Of a stretch of 64,000 nucleotides of DNA, positions 50,590 through 59,960 are shown one piece after another (within the stretch, counting starts at the first letter, position 1; each line of letters starts with the position of its first letter). A model generated the notes under the pieces. That model ran no database searches and was not told the origin of the DNA. It saw only the letters and a list, made by a program, of their open reading frames with translations. The translations under genes and the position numbers were made by a program. This DNA is from Bdellovibrionales bacterium (GTDB lineage Bacteria > Bdellovibrionota > Bdellovibrionia > Bdellovibrionales > UBA1609). The DNA lies in the NCBI GenBank assembly GCA_041690295.1, contig JAWLHR010000001.1, positions 274,168 to 338,167 of the forward strand, in the 5' to 3' direction.

Positions 50590-52327
50590 CCTATCGTCTT
50601 CGCATATTGACTTCGAAAAGTTGAATCCGGGATATCGGCCCGTGAAAGTGAGCCAAGACTGCTGGTTTGTTTGCAGCCAGGATTTATATGACGATCATGA
50701 ACACACTATCGCCTTCCTCGGCGATCTTTTCAATTTGGAAGACCTGAAGCGGAAATACGGACACGAGTCGACGGCTTCTGAGTTCGAATATTTAGTGAAA
50801 GCCATTAAAGATGGAACCTTTCGTAATGAAGAACATGAAGGGTCGTTTTGCCTGATCGTTTATGAGAAAGCCTCCGGCCGCTTTTCGGTTCATACGGATC
50901 CATTCGGTGATCTGTACCCCTATTACTCGGTGACGGATAAATTCGTTTTGATCTCCACACACATGACGGATTTTTCCGATCCAAGGTATTTCGAACTGAA
51001 TCCCGACTGGATTCGAAGATACTTCCAAGGCAATGACACTGTTGATTTAATGACCGTCATCAAGGGCGTGAGCCGGCTTCGCAGCGGGCGTTATCTTCAA
51101 ATTCAAGGGCAACAGGCGGTTGAACATCAATATTTCGATCTTCTCGAGAAGATCCGGACTCAGATGGCGAAACCGCGCCTGGAGATTTCCATTGATGAAG
51201 CCGTCGACGAATTCTCCAGAATTACGATCGCGAACCTGCGATCGGTTTTTAAGAAATACAAGAAACCGATTTTGTTCCTTTCCCAAGGCATAGACAGCGT
51301 CAGTTTGCTCGCCCTTATGGCCCAAGCCGGGCTGCCGCTCCTGTCGATGACAAGAATTCCGGACAATGACTTCACGGATGAATGCCTTTCGATGCACAGA
51401 AGGATTCTTGAAAAAGTTCCCCACGAAAATCATCACCATAAGATTATCGGCGATCGAGTCTTCTTGGAATTGCAGAAGAGCTATTACACTCAGCCGGACA
51501 ACAACACATGGCAAACTCTCGGCATCAATCATGGTAAGTCCGTGGTGCCGTCTCTTGAGTTGGGCGCGGACTGCGTGATTTCGGCCAGCATGGGTGATTT
51601 CTTGTTCATCCACCGGACGCGGTATTTGTTCACGCATTGGCTGGCCCAAACCGGAAGAGGAAAAGGCGACGACTCGAAACTCGAAAACCTAAAGAACGAT
51701 TTTTTCGCAAGCCTCCCCGGTTTCGAGAACGATTACGCCTACAACCCGCATGAAATCAACGAGCGGCTCTTGCGCCTCTTTCGCGCGGCGGACCATGATT
51801 TCTGGCGGTTTTTCGCCGAGAATCTGCACATTTGGAGAGGCGTTTCCCACGACAGGGATAACCGGCTGGCCGGCAAGATCAGCGTTGTCGATCCTTTTAA
51901 AGACACAAGACTCTTCGATTTCTTCTATTTGTTACCGGAGGACCACCACCTCTTGTCGATGAAGCAATCGATCTTTCAGGAAAAAATGATCACCCGGACC
52001 TTTAATGAAAAGGTCTATTTACAAAAAAAGGCGAATCCATTCGCCTTAGGATTGGTCGCTTACAAATATCAAGATGCAATCGAAGGCGATTTGCAAAATG
52101 CGCTTGACTTGCTCAATCAGCTTCAGGTGGAATCATACGACTACTATCAAAACCAATTGTCGGAACAGAAGCGCAGAGGTTCCATGGATCTAGTCCTCTG
52201 CCGGATGCTGACTTTTTATTATTGGCATCAGAATTGGCTTGCGGCACGGCGAACCCGGCGCACGTTCTGGCGTGGCGTTTTAAGGCCGGTCATTCAAGCG
52301 TTCACGCCCACTCACCCGAGGAGTTAG
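50567..52327 (+). CDS. Asparagine synthetase-like protein (degenerate Ntn domain plus PP-loop domain)
   Basis: GDLFNLEDLK, EGSF, TDPFG..P.YY, LFLSQGIDS, MGDFLF, DPFKD.RL; no N-terminal Cys. Confidence 0.75.
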   Translation: MKIFAYRDLSSSHIDFEKLNPGYRPVKVSQDCWFVCSQDLYDDHEHTIAFLGDLFNLEDLKRKYGHESTASEFEYLVKAIKDGTFRNEEHEGSFCLIVYEKASGRFSVHTDPFGDLYPYYSVTDKFVLISTHMTDFSDPRYFELNPDWIRRYFQGNDTVDLMTVIKGVSRLRSGRYLQIQGQQAVEHQYFDLLEKIRTQMAKPRLEISIDEAVDEFSRITIANLRSVFKKYKKPILFLSQGIDSVSLLALMAQAGLPLLSMTRIPDNDFTDECLSMHRRILEKVPHENHHHKIIGDRVFLELQKSYYTQPDNNTWQTLGINHGKSVVPSLELGADCVISASMGDFLFIHRTRYLFTHWLAQTGRGKGDDSKLENLKNDFFASLPGFENDYAYNPHEINERLLRLFRAADHDFWRFFAENLHIWRGVSHDRDNRLAGKISVVDPFKDTRLFDFFYLLPEDHHLLSMKQSIFQEKMITRTFNEKVYLQKKANPFALGLVAYKYQDAIEGDLQNALDLLNQLQVESYDYYQNQLSEQKRRGSMDLVLCRMLTFYYWHQNWLAARRTRRTFWRGVLRPVIQAFTPTHPRS

Positions 52328-53407
52328 ATGGCGAAAAACACAGGCCGCACGTTTTGGCTTTACGACGGACGCCAGTTTTTTAATAAGAATTCGGCCCTCG
52401 AAAGCGCCGGCGACATATCCCGCGTGAGTTTTCATCATCATGATGAGGCCTTTTCCAAAGCCAATTGGCTGGTTGAACCCGAGAAGAGTTGGCCGGATCT
52501 TTTATGCGAGCGCGCCTGCCAATTGCGGGACTCGTATGACCATCTTCGGCTTTGGTACAGTGGTGGTGTCGATAGCCATACGGTTTTAATGACTTTTATC
52601 GAGAACAAGATTCCACTGGATGAAATTTGTATCATGCGCACCAGTCCCACCGCGGACTATGAAGACCCCGGCAACAGCGAGATCAATTTCGTCGCCTTGC
52701 CTTTTCTGCGCCGGATTCAGCCCCTGCTGGGCAAAGCGAAAATCAATCTCCTCGATCTAGGGCCGCGACATTACCAAAAATTTTTCTCCGATCCAGATTG
52801 GGCTAAACAGGTCAACACGATCGACTTCCGGCTTTCTTACGTCAGTACCGCGAGCCTTCTCCTACCTGAGTTAATCTCACCGATTGAACGAGGCCGTAAA
52901 CTGGCCAACGTCACCGGAGGAAACAAGCCCCGGTTGGAAATGGAGAATGGACGATATTACGCCTTCTACTGGGACGAATATCTCAAATGGGACTTGAACG
53001 AAGCGACCCGTGAAAGTTTGGAGGAGTTTTACTTTTCGTCCGAACTGCCGGAAGTTCATATCAAACAGTGCCACATGGTCAAAAATCACCTCAAAGCGAA
53101 ACACCCGGAAATGACTGACCTTAAGGAGTTCTTCAGAAACGACCATCCTGTTTACGTGAACGAACTCAACAGCATTGTCCGGCTCCCCGCCCCTGGCGGC
53201 GTTTCATTAGGCAAATCCTCGACACTTCTCACCCCCAAAGCGGCCTATCAACTGCAGCAAGCGCGCGAAGGAAATGAAGAGGTGTTCCTTCTTTACCAAC
53301 GTCGGCTTGAGGAACTGGAGTCCTTTGATCAATGGAGGTTTAACAATGGACATATCTCGTCTGGATTCATCGGCATCAAATCCCAGCGCTACGATCTCGG
53401 AGCGTAG
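52328..53407 (+). CDS. PP-loop (adenine nucleotide alpha-hydrolase-like) protein of unknown function
   Basis: RACQLRDSYDHLRLWYSGGVDSHTVL, VTGGNKP, HIKQCHMVK. Confidence 0.65.
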   Translation: MAKNTGRTFWLYDGRQFFNKNSALESAGDISRVSFHHHDEAFSKANWLVEPEKSWPDLLCERACQLRDSYDHLRLWYSGGVDSHTVLMTFIENKIPLDEICIMRTSPTADYEDPGNSEINFVALPFLRRIQPLLGKAKINLLDLGPRHYQKFFSDPDWAKQVNTIDFRLSYVSTASLLLPELISPIERGRKLANVTGGNKPRLEMENGRYYAFYWDEYLKWDLNEATRESLEEFYFSSELPEVHIKQCHMVKNHLKAKHPEMTDLKEFFRNDHPVYVNELNSIVRLPAPGGVSLGKSSTLLTPKAAYQLQQAREGNEEVFLLYQRRLEELESFDQWRFNNGHISSGFIGIKSQRYDLGA

Positions 53408-53411
53408 TGAC

Positions 53412-55001
53412 GTGAGGCTCTGGAGCAAGTATGCCCCCATTCTGATGATTGCGGCTGTTATATTATTGTTCACTCTGATTCAACCTGTACACGCGGATTT
53501 GAAGCCACAAGGTGAACTCCGCATCGCCGTCGAATCGCTTGGTAACGAAACTCTCGATCCGGTGATGGGACCGGCGACCAACACCAAGATTTACCTTCCA
53601 CTCATTTACGATTCACTCGTGGGCGCGGATAAGGCCAATTCCGGAATCTCAAAGGAAACTGGCGTGGCCAAAGACTGGAAAATTTCGAAAGACGGCAAGA
53701 CTTACACATTTTACCTCCGCCAAGGCATCAAGTTTCACAACGGAGATGAACTGACCGCCGAAGACGTCAAATTCTCGTTTGAGCGCGCGATCGGGCCCAA
53801 AGCGGTCTCTTCGCTTTCGGGTGTGTTGGCCAAAATTATCGATAAAATCACGGTTGTCGATCCTTACACGGTCACCATCACGCTGAAAGAGCCGAGTTTT
53901 TCCTTTTTGCTGGATATCTCGATCCTGGTGGGTTCGGAATCCATGATTGTTCCGAAAAAGTATATCGAAAAAGTGGGTGAGGAAAAATTCGCCCTCGAAC
54001 CGATCGGCAGCGGCCCTTATCGATTCAAAGCGCGCCATGCCGGCTCGTCGATCGAGTTCGAAGCCATGCCCCACCACTGGTTGGTTGGCGTCCCCCGGTT
54101 TGCGAATGTCAGCGTCATGGGGGTTTCCGAGCAAGGGACAAGGCTGACCATGTTACGAAGCGGCCATGCGGATGTGATCACCATCGGCCGGCGATATGTG
54201 GACGAGTTAAAGAAACAGGGATTTTTGATCGCGACCAAGCCCGCCAGTCACAACATGCACATGCTCTTCAACAATCAATGGGAAAAGGACAATCCATTAA
54301 ATAACAAAAAAGTCCGTCAGGCGATCGCACTGGCCATTGATAGCCAGACCATACTTAAAACTATTATGCTCAACGGCGGTCAGTTGACCCGCTGTTGGAT
54401 CGCGGATGTAGCGTACGATTCGCGCCCTTCCGGCCTCTGCGATCCCCAGAAATACGATCCCAAAGCGGCGAAGAAACTTCTTCAAGAAGCGGGTTATCCG
54501 GATGGCATCGACATCACCTTCAAGTCGTTTGCCAAGACGGGTGTGCCTGAAAAATTTGAGATCGACCAGGCCATCGCCGGCTATTTACGTGCCGTTGGAA
54601 TCCGCGCCAAGATTGAGGTCGGCGAATACGGCGCTTATCGGACCCAATGGCCGAAACCCGAAAGCCATCCGAAGACCATCGCGACCAATCCGACTTCATC
54701 GCAGGTGGTGATTGGCTCGCTGCTGCAAGTTTTCTGGGGATCGGACGGCCTCCTCTCCACCACGCGAAACGTAAGTCCGAAAGCGGATAAGGCGATCAAG
54801 CACATGCTCGCCTCGCCCGATCTCAAGGCCTACAAAAAGCGCCTGATGGACGCGTGGAAGATTTTGATCGAGGACGCTCACACCGTTATGCTGTTCAGCA
54901 TAGATGCGAAGTACGCGGCCAATAAGAAAAAGATTTCTAAAGAATGGCCCATGGGTACAAGTACGGCTGATCCCAACTTGCGCGCTCTCGTGAGCCGGTA
55001 A
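53412..55001 (+). CDS. ABC substrate-binding protein, family 5 (peptide/nickel)
   Basis: YTFYLRQGIKFHNGDELTAEDVKFS, PIGSGPY, KVRQAIALAID, YDPKAAKKLL. Confidence 0.92.
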   Translation: MRLWSKYAPILMIAAVILLFTLIQPVHADLKPQGELRIAVESLGNETLDPVMGPATNTKIYLPLIYDSLVGADKANSGISKETGVAKDWKISKDGKTYTFYLRQGIKFHNGDELTAEDVKFSFERAIGPKAVSSLSGVLAKIIDKITVVDPYTVTITLKEPSFSFLLDISILVGSESMIVPKKYIEKVGEEKFALEPIGSGPYRFKARHAGSSIEFEAMPHHWLVGVPRFANVSVMGVSEQGTRLTMLRSGHADVITIGRRYVDELKKQGFLIATKPASHNMHMLFNNQWEKDNPLNNKKVRQAIALAIDSQTILKTIMLNGGQLTRCWIADVAYDSRPSGLCDPQKYDPKAAKKLLQEAGYPDGIDITFKSFAKTGVPEKFEIDQAIAGYLRAVGIRAKIEVGEYGAYRTQWPKPESHPKTIATNPTSSQVVIGSLLQVFWGSDGLLSTTRNVSPKADKAIKHMLASPDLKAYKKRLMDAWKILIEDAHTVMLFSIDAKYAANKKKISKEWPMGTSTADPNLRALVSR

Positions 55002-55016
55002 GATAATTTTGGTGTC

Positions 55017-55940
55017 ATGCTGAAGTTTCTGATTCGTCGTACAATGCAATCCCTTGTCACGGTCTTCTTGCTCTTTACGATCGTTTTTTTGATGACGCGG
55101 GCAACGGGAGATCCCGTGGGCCTTCTCGTGCCGCCTGAGGTTGGTGCTGAAACGGTGGCACATGTCCGCCAGAACCTTGGCCTAAATGAGCCCTATTATG
55201 TGCAATACGCTCTCTTTCTAAAAAGTATTCTCACCGCGGACCTGGGCACGTCCTTTCTGGCCCGTCGGCCGGTGATGGATCTGATTCTCGAGCGTTTGCC
55301 CGTCTCGATGATTTTGGCCGTTGCCAGTATGTTGCTTGGAGTTCTTTTGGCTTTTCCTCTGGGAATTCTCTCCGCACTTAAACGCGGCCGCAAGATTGAC
55401 AGTTGCATTCAAATTTTCGGTGCGTTCGGAATCGCGACCCCGCAATTTTGGATCGGCCTTATTCTGATCCAGATTTTTGCCGGCCACTTGGGCCTGCTCC
55501 CCGTGGGCGGCGCCGAATCCTGGCGGCATTTTATTTTGCCCACTTGCACATTGGGATTGCTTCAGGCTTGCAGTATGTTGCGAATACTTCGCTCGAACAT
55601 GATTGAAGCGCTCGGCACTGATTTTGTCGCACTCGCGCGGGCGAAGGGTCTTTCGGAAGCTCGTGTGGTGGGCGTTCACGCCCTTGGCAATGCCGTGCTC
55701 CCGGTTCTCACGTTCGGCGGACTTCTGCTCGCTTCTCTTATGACCGGGACAATCGTGGTGGAGTCCGTTTTCGCGCTTCCAGGCCTTGGCCGCCTGGCCT
55801 ATGACGCCGCTCTTTTTCGGGACTATCCGCTCGTTCAAGGCGTGGTGATCGTCGCCGGCGTCATCATCATTGCCATCAATTTGCTTATTGATGTTTCTTA
55901 CGCCTTCATTGATCCCCGTATTCAGTTGGATAATTCGTGA
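55017..55940 (+). CDS. ABC permease DppB/OppB-like
   Basis: DLGTSF, ARAKGLSE, VESVFALPGLG, RDYPLVQG, IDPRI. Confidence 0.92.
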   Translation: MLKFLIRRTMQSLVTVFLLFTIVFLMTRATGDPVGLLVPPEVGAETVAHVRQNLGLNEPYYVQYALFLKSILTADLGTSFLARRPVMDLILERLPVSMILAVASMLLGVLLAFPLGILSALKRGRKIDSCIQIFGAFGIATPQFWIGLILIQIFAGHLGLLPVGGAESWRHFILPTCTLGLLQACSMLRILRSNMIEALGTDFVALARAKGLSEARVVGVHALGNAVLPVLTFGGLLLASLMTGTIVVESVFALPGLGRLAYDAALFRDYPLVQGVVIVAGVIIIAINLLIDVSYAFIDPRIQLDNS

Positions 55941-56782
55941 TTCGATCTCGGCTGCCCTGGGTCTCCATTTTTATACTTTTCGTTTTCCTGATGATGGCGA
56001 TTTTGGGCGACCTCATCGCACCCCAAGACATGTACGCGCAAAATCTCATGAAACGCCTTGAACCGCCCGTATGGATGGAAGGCGGCAGTTGGGCGCACAT
56101 TTTCGGCACCGATGCTTTGGGAAGGGACATTTTGAGCCGGTTGATCGGGGGAGTGCGAACCTCACTGGCGATTGGAATCATCGGGCTTTTAATCGGGGGT
56201 GGAATCGGTGGTGCGGTCGGCATCATCGCCGGCTATTCGGGCCGGTACGTGGACACCATCATCATGCGATTGGCGGATGCTTCACTCTCCTGTCCCATGA
56301 TCTTGTTCGCTCTCCTTCTATCGGTCTCTTTGGGCAGCGGCATCACCTCCGCCTTAACCGCGATTTGTATGGTGATTTGGGCGCCGTTCGCGCGCGTAGT
56401 CCGCTCCGAAGTGCTGGTCATTCGTGAAATGGATTACGTCAAGGTGGCGCAGATCTCGGGTGCCTCATCCATACGAGTTTTGTTCCGTCATATCTTGCCC
56501 AATGTGGCCAACACCTTGATCGCCTTTGCCGGTTTACAAATCGGCTTTATCATTATCCTTGAGGCGACGCTCAGTTTTCTTGGAGTCGGGATTTCTCCCC
56601 CAACTCCGGCTTGGGGCTCGATGACCGCCGAAGGAAGAGAATACCTTGCGACCCATTGGTGGGTTTCGGTGATACCTGGAACCGCGATTACGATAACGGT
56701 CGTCGCGTTCACTTTGTTTGGTGATTGGCTGCGTGACCGGCTCGACCCTCGCCTTGGCCGAAAAGATTGGCATCCGAGCTAG
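55937..56782 (+). CDS. ABC permease DppC/OppC-like
   Basis: FGTDALGRDILSRL, RHILPN, LSFLGVG, GDWLRDRLDPR. Confidence 0.92.
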   Translation: MIRSRLPWVSIFILFVFLMMAILGDLIAPQDMYAQNLMKRLEPPVWMEGGSWAHIFGTDALGRDILSRLIGGVRTSLAIGIIGLLIGGGIGGAVGIIAGYSGRYVDTIIMRLADASLSCPMILFALLLSVSLGSGITSALTAICMVIWAPFARVVRSEVLVIREMDYVKVAQISGASSIRVLFRHILPNVANTLIAFAGLQIGFIIILEATLSFLGVGISPPTPAWGSMTAEGREYLATHWWVSVIPGTAITITVVAFTLFGDWLRDRLDPRLGRKDWHPS

Positions 56783-56805
56783 CCGTCATCTAGAATTATC
56801 GGAAT

Positions 56806-58392
56806 ATGAGGCAACTGCGAAAGAATTCGGATCTCCTGATTTTGAACATGCCCGTTCTCTTTCCAGTTTGCCCGCCGCTCGGACCCGCCATCATCAAGGG
56901 TCAGCTCTCGAAACATGGATACAGCTGTGAAGTCTGGGACTTGAACATCGAGCTTTTTCAGATCGAAAAATTCCGATCCCTGTTCACAACCGAATACGAA
57001 TTGCTTGTTTTCAAACCTCCGCAGTCGTCTTCGCGCTTTATCGACTATTACGAAAAACAAGGGTTACGCGAGGTCTTTCAAGCCTGGGCGGACAACGTGA
57101 TCAAGGCCAATCCCAAAACTCTGGGCCTGAGCCTTTATTCGTTTCATTCCGGTCATTTCGGTGAACGGTTGATTTTTGAAGTCAGGGACCGCGGCTATCG
57201 CGGCCGTATCGTACTCGGCGGCCCGTTCGCCCACGACCTCCACCGAAAGCCCCATTTAAGGGAATTTTACCCGCAAGACGTGGACGTCATCGCGGGAGAA
57301 GGTGAACTGGCCATTCTTAGTTATCTAAAGGGGGATCTCAACTACCCGGGCATTAACTCCGCTCCCGTCCCCTTGAACGACCTGAATGCGATGCCGATTC
57401 CCGAATATGAGGACGGCCAATTTGAACCGTTCGACCGAATCGAAGAAGAAGAGGGGCTCAACAAGGTCTATATTACGGCTTCACGCGGGTGTGTGAGGCG
57501 GTGCACGTTTTGCGATATTAAAAACATGTGGCCCAAGTATCGATATCGAAGCGCGGAACATATCTTTCGCGAAATCGTTTATCTTCACGAAAAGTTCAAT
57601 CGCACCGAGTTCAAGTTCACGGACAGTCTCATAAACGGCAACCTGAAGATGTTGTCCGAGCTCAGTGAGCTCATCGTTGACTACAAGGCACGAAAGCAAA
57701 AAAAACGTTGGATATTTTTCGGCAAAAAAAGTGATCCCCCGCGAATTCATTGGGGCGGCCATTTTATCTGTCGCACACGCGCTTCCACCCCACCGGAATT
57801 CTTTTCGTTGATCGCGAGAGCGGGCTGCTGTTATGTCAGCATCGGCGTGGAATCCGGTAGTGAACGCGTTCGCAAACATATGGGAAAGCCCTTTTCCAAC
57901 GAAGACCTGTTTTACACTCTTGAACAATTCAACCGGGTCGGCATCAGCGTCACGTTCCTGATGGTGATTGGCTATCTCACCGAAACCGAAGAGGACTTCC
58001 AGCAAACACTTCAGCTTTTTAAAGATTGTAAGGATCGGGGGCTTTTGGCCTCGCCGGAGAAATGGGCTTGCGTCCAAGGCATCGAACTCGGCCCGACTCT
58101 GACTCTGCCCCCTGACACAGAGGTTCGACACCTCGTTGAAAAAGAGATAGGGGAGACGCCCTCCAATTCACATTGGACCTACAACGGCTTGGATCGCTTT
58201 ACCCGCTTGGAACGGTTATTCAGAGCCATGGTATTTATTGAGGAAATGGGCTATTCACATCTCCTCAAAGGCCAACTGGGCTCGCGCTACGGACATCTCT
58301 GGAATGAATTTATCAACTTTGAAAACTTCCAAAGAGTGGACCGGGATGTGATTGAAGTTCTCGCCAATGCCGGCTATTTCAAAAACGCCTGA
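56806..58392 (+). CDS. Cobalamin-dependent radical SAM enzyme
   Basis: B12-binding N-domain (PPLGPAI, IVLGGP, GEGE), SRGCVRRCTFC, GVESGS. Confidence 0.9.
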   Translation: MRQLRKNSDLLILNMPVLFPVCPPLGPAIIKGQLSKHGYSCEVWDLNIELFQIEKFRSLFTTEYELLVFKPPQSSSRFIDYYEKQGLREVFQAWADNVIKANPKTLGLSLYSFHSGHFGERLIFEVRDRGYRGRIVLGGPFAHDLHRKPHLREFYPQDVDVIAGEGELAILSYLKGDLNYPGINSAPVPLNDLNAMPIPEYEDGQFEPFDRIEEEEGLNKVYITASRGCVRRCTFCDIKNMWPKYRYRSAEHIFREIVYLHEKFNRTEFKFTDSLINGNLKMLSELSELIVDYKARKQKKRWIFFGKKSDPPRIHWGGHFICRTRASTPPEFFSLIARAGCCYVSIGVESGSERVRKHMGKPFSNEDLFYTLEQFNRVGISVTFLMVIGYLTETEEDFQQTLQLFKDCKDRGLLASPEKWACVQGIELGPTLTLPPDTEVRHLVEKEIGETPSNSHWTYNGLDRFTRLERLFRAMVFIEEMGYSHLLKGQLGSRYGHLWNEFINFENFQRVDRDVIEVLANAGYFKNA

Positions 58393-59147
58393 TCGCGTGC
58401 CGGTTCCGGCAGCGTTCGCCGAAGCTTGTCCAACCAGGTGTGCGGATCATCTTGGACGTGTTCAAATTTTTCTTTCAGAAAATGGAAGTCATGGAGAAGT
58501 GATCGGGCCTTCTGCTCCTGATCGTCAAAAAAGAATTGGGCGGCCATGGTGGCGCCTAAGAGACAAAAAACTCCATTTGTTTTTTCCAGCCCCTTATTCA
58601 TCCATGTGATCGCGCGAGACAACGCCTGCTGGTCGCCCTCGCCGGTGAACGCCTGGGATAAGAGCTTGTATGTCTCACGGAACCCGCTTCGCCACGCGTG
58701 AAAGGGCGATTTATGAAAATGACAACTGCTCGCGATCTTCTCGATCACGACGTAATGGGAGCCGGCGACTTCAGCGGTAAAGTCGAGCGCCATGGATTTC
58801 TTGTGTTCCAATACCCTGGCTTTCGGCCATAACTTCACGGCTCCGTTCCCGTAAACGAGGTCGTTGACTTCGTTTCGGCAGCGCCACACGTATACGGAAT
58901 TTTCTTCCGGCGGAAAACTTTGCCCCCAACTGAATGTGAAATCCTGTTCAATTATGTTGTCCGCATCGACCGAGAAAAAAAACTCCGCCCCACTAAGTTC
59001 AGCGGCTTGGGACCAAGCTTGGGCGATAATGGGGATCCCGTGAATCCGTCTGGCGCGGGGAAACCGCTCGGAAAGCAGCCGCCAATGTTCATCCGCATAA
59101 GGCTCGTCCAGTGAGAAAAAGAAAATGTCAAAACGGTCGGGATCCAT
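58374..59147 (-). CDS. GT-A-fold glycosyltransferase-like protein
   Basis: DIFFFSLDEP.A, VDADN (DxD), VW...N.VN.L.YGNGAVKLWP, AWRSGFRE..KL. Confidence 0.6.
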   Translation of the reverse strand: MDPDRFDIFFFSLDEPYADEHWRLLSERFPRARRIHGIPIIAQAWSQAAELSGAEFFFSVDADNIIEQDFTFSWGQSFPPEENSVYVWRCRNEVNDLVYGNGAVKLWPKARVLEHKKSMALDFTAEVAGSHYVVIEKIASSCHFHKSPFHAWRSGFRETYKLLSQAFTGEGDQQALSRAITWMNKGLEKTNGVFCLLGATMAAQFFFDDQEQKARSLLHDFHFLKEKFEHVQDDPHTWLDKLRRTLPEPARDQAFLK

Positions 59148-59168
59148 CTGATTTCTTTCGCACACGGA

Positions 59169-59936
59169 TCATGAACCGAAAATATTGAACGCCACGTGCC
59201 AAGCATCATTGGCATTCACTAAGAACTTCACTTTCTCCTTGAGCATGTAGGCGTGGATGTAATCGTTAAACGCCTTGTATTCACCCTCTTTTCGGCTCGG
59301 CCCCCCGAGCATCATGACGATGATGTCAGAAGGTCTTACATAAGGGTGCCAAGCCGTGAGTAAAAACAAAGCCGAGCTATACAGATCGGAGTTGATGTAA
59401 ATCACTTTTCTTCGTGCATTCGGATCATAGGACGCCAAAAAATCCGGTAGCGTGTTTTGAAAGTAGCCGGCGATTAATTTCACTCCCCTGCGGCTCTTTT
59501 GCTTCGCCAGATACGCTCTGTCCTCATCGGTTAACAGGTAATCTTCACGCCCCCTATGCACTCGACCATCCACCTGCCAGGCCTCGGGGTACCCTTTGAA
59601 TGAATCGAAGCCGTAAAGTCTGGCGTCGCGTTCATTCAGTAAGTCGGCCACCAAAGACAAAGACTCGCCACGATAGACACCGAACTCAAAATAATCCAAT
59701 GGATCGCCGGTCAACGAGAAGACGCTTTCAAAAAAGCGTTTTTTTAAATCGCGTTTGGCGGTGGCCGAATTCAGTTCGCCGTCGACGCGAATGCAGCCGG
59801 ATTTCCGTAATTCGGTTTGGAGTTCGGCCTGGCTTGACCAATGCAGTTGAACGTTCGGTAAAATCCGTCGGTAGGTCTTTTTTCGTCCGGGAATTCTAGG
59901 ATCCCACCCAATACGAAAATCGTTTTTAGTTTCCAT
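59169..59936 (-). CDS. TylF/MycF-like methyltransferase (divergent)
   Basis: EFGVYRGES, YGFDSFKGYPE, GYFQNTLP, INSDLYSS, GEYKAF. Confidence 0.8.
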   Translation of the reverse strand: METKNDFRIGWDPRIPGRKKTYRRILPNVQLHWSSQAELQTELRKSGCIRVDGELNSATAKRDLKKRFFESVFSLTGDPLDYFEFGVYRGESLSLVADLLNERDARLYGFDSFKGYPEAWQVDGRVHRGREDYLLTDEDRAYLAKQKSRRGVKLIAGYFQNTLPDFLASYDPNARRKVIYINSDLYSSALFLLTAWHPYVRPSDIIVMMLGGPSRKEGEYKAFNDYIHAYMLKEKVKFLVNANDAWHVAFNIFGS

Positions 59937-59960
59937 GGCCTCCGCCCGCCCGGATCTTGA

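Noticed and set aside
50567..52327. Lasso peptide cluster
   Set aside because: No transglutaminase-like B2, RRE/B1 or precursor in the window
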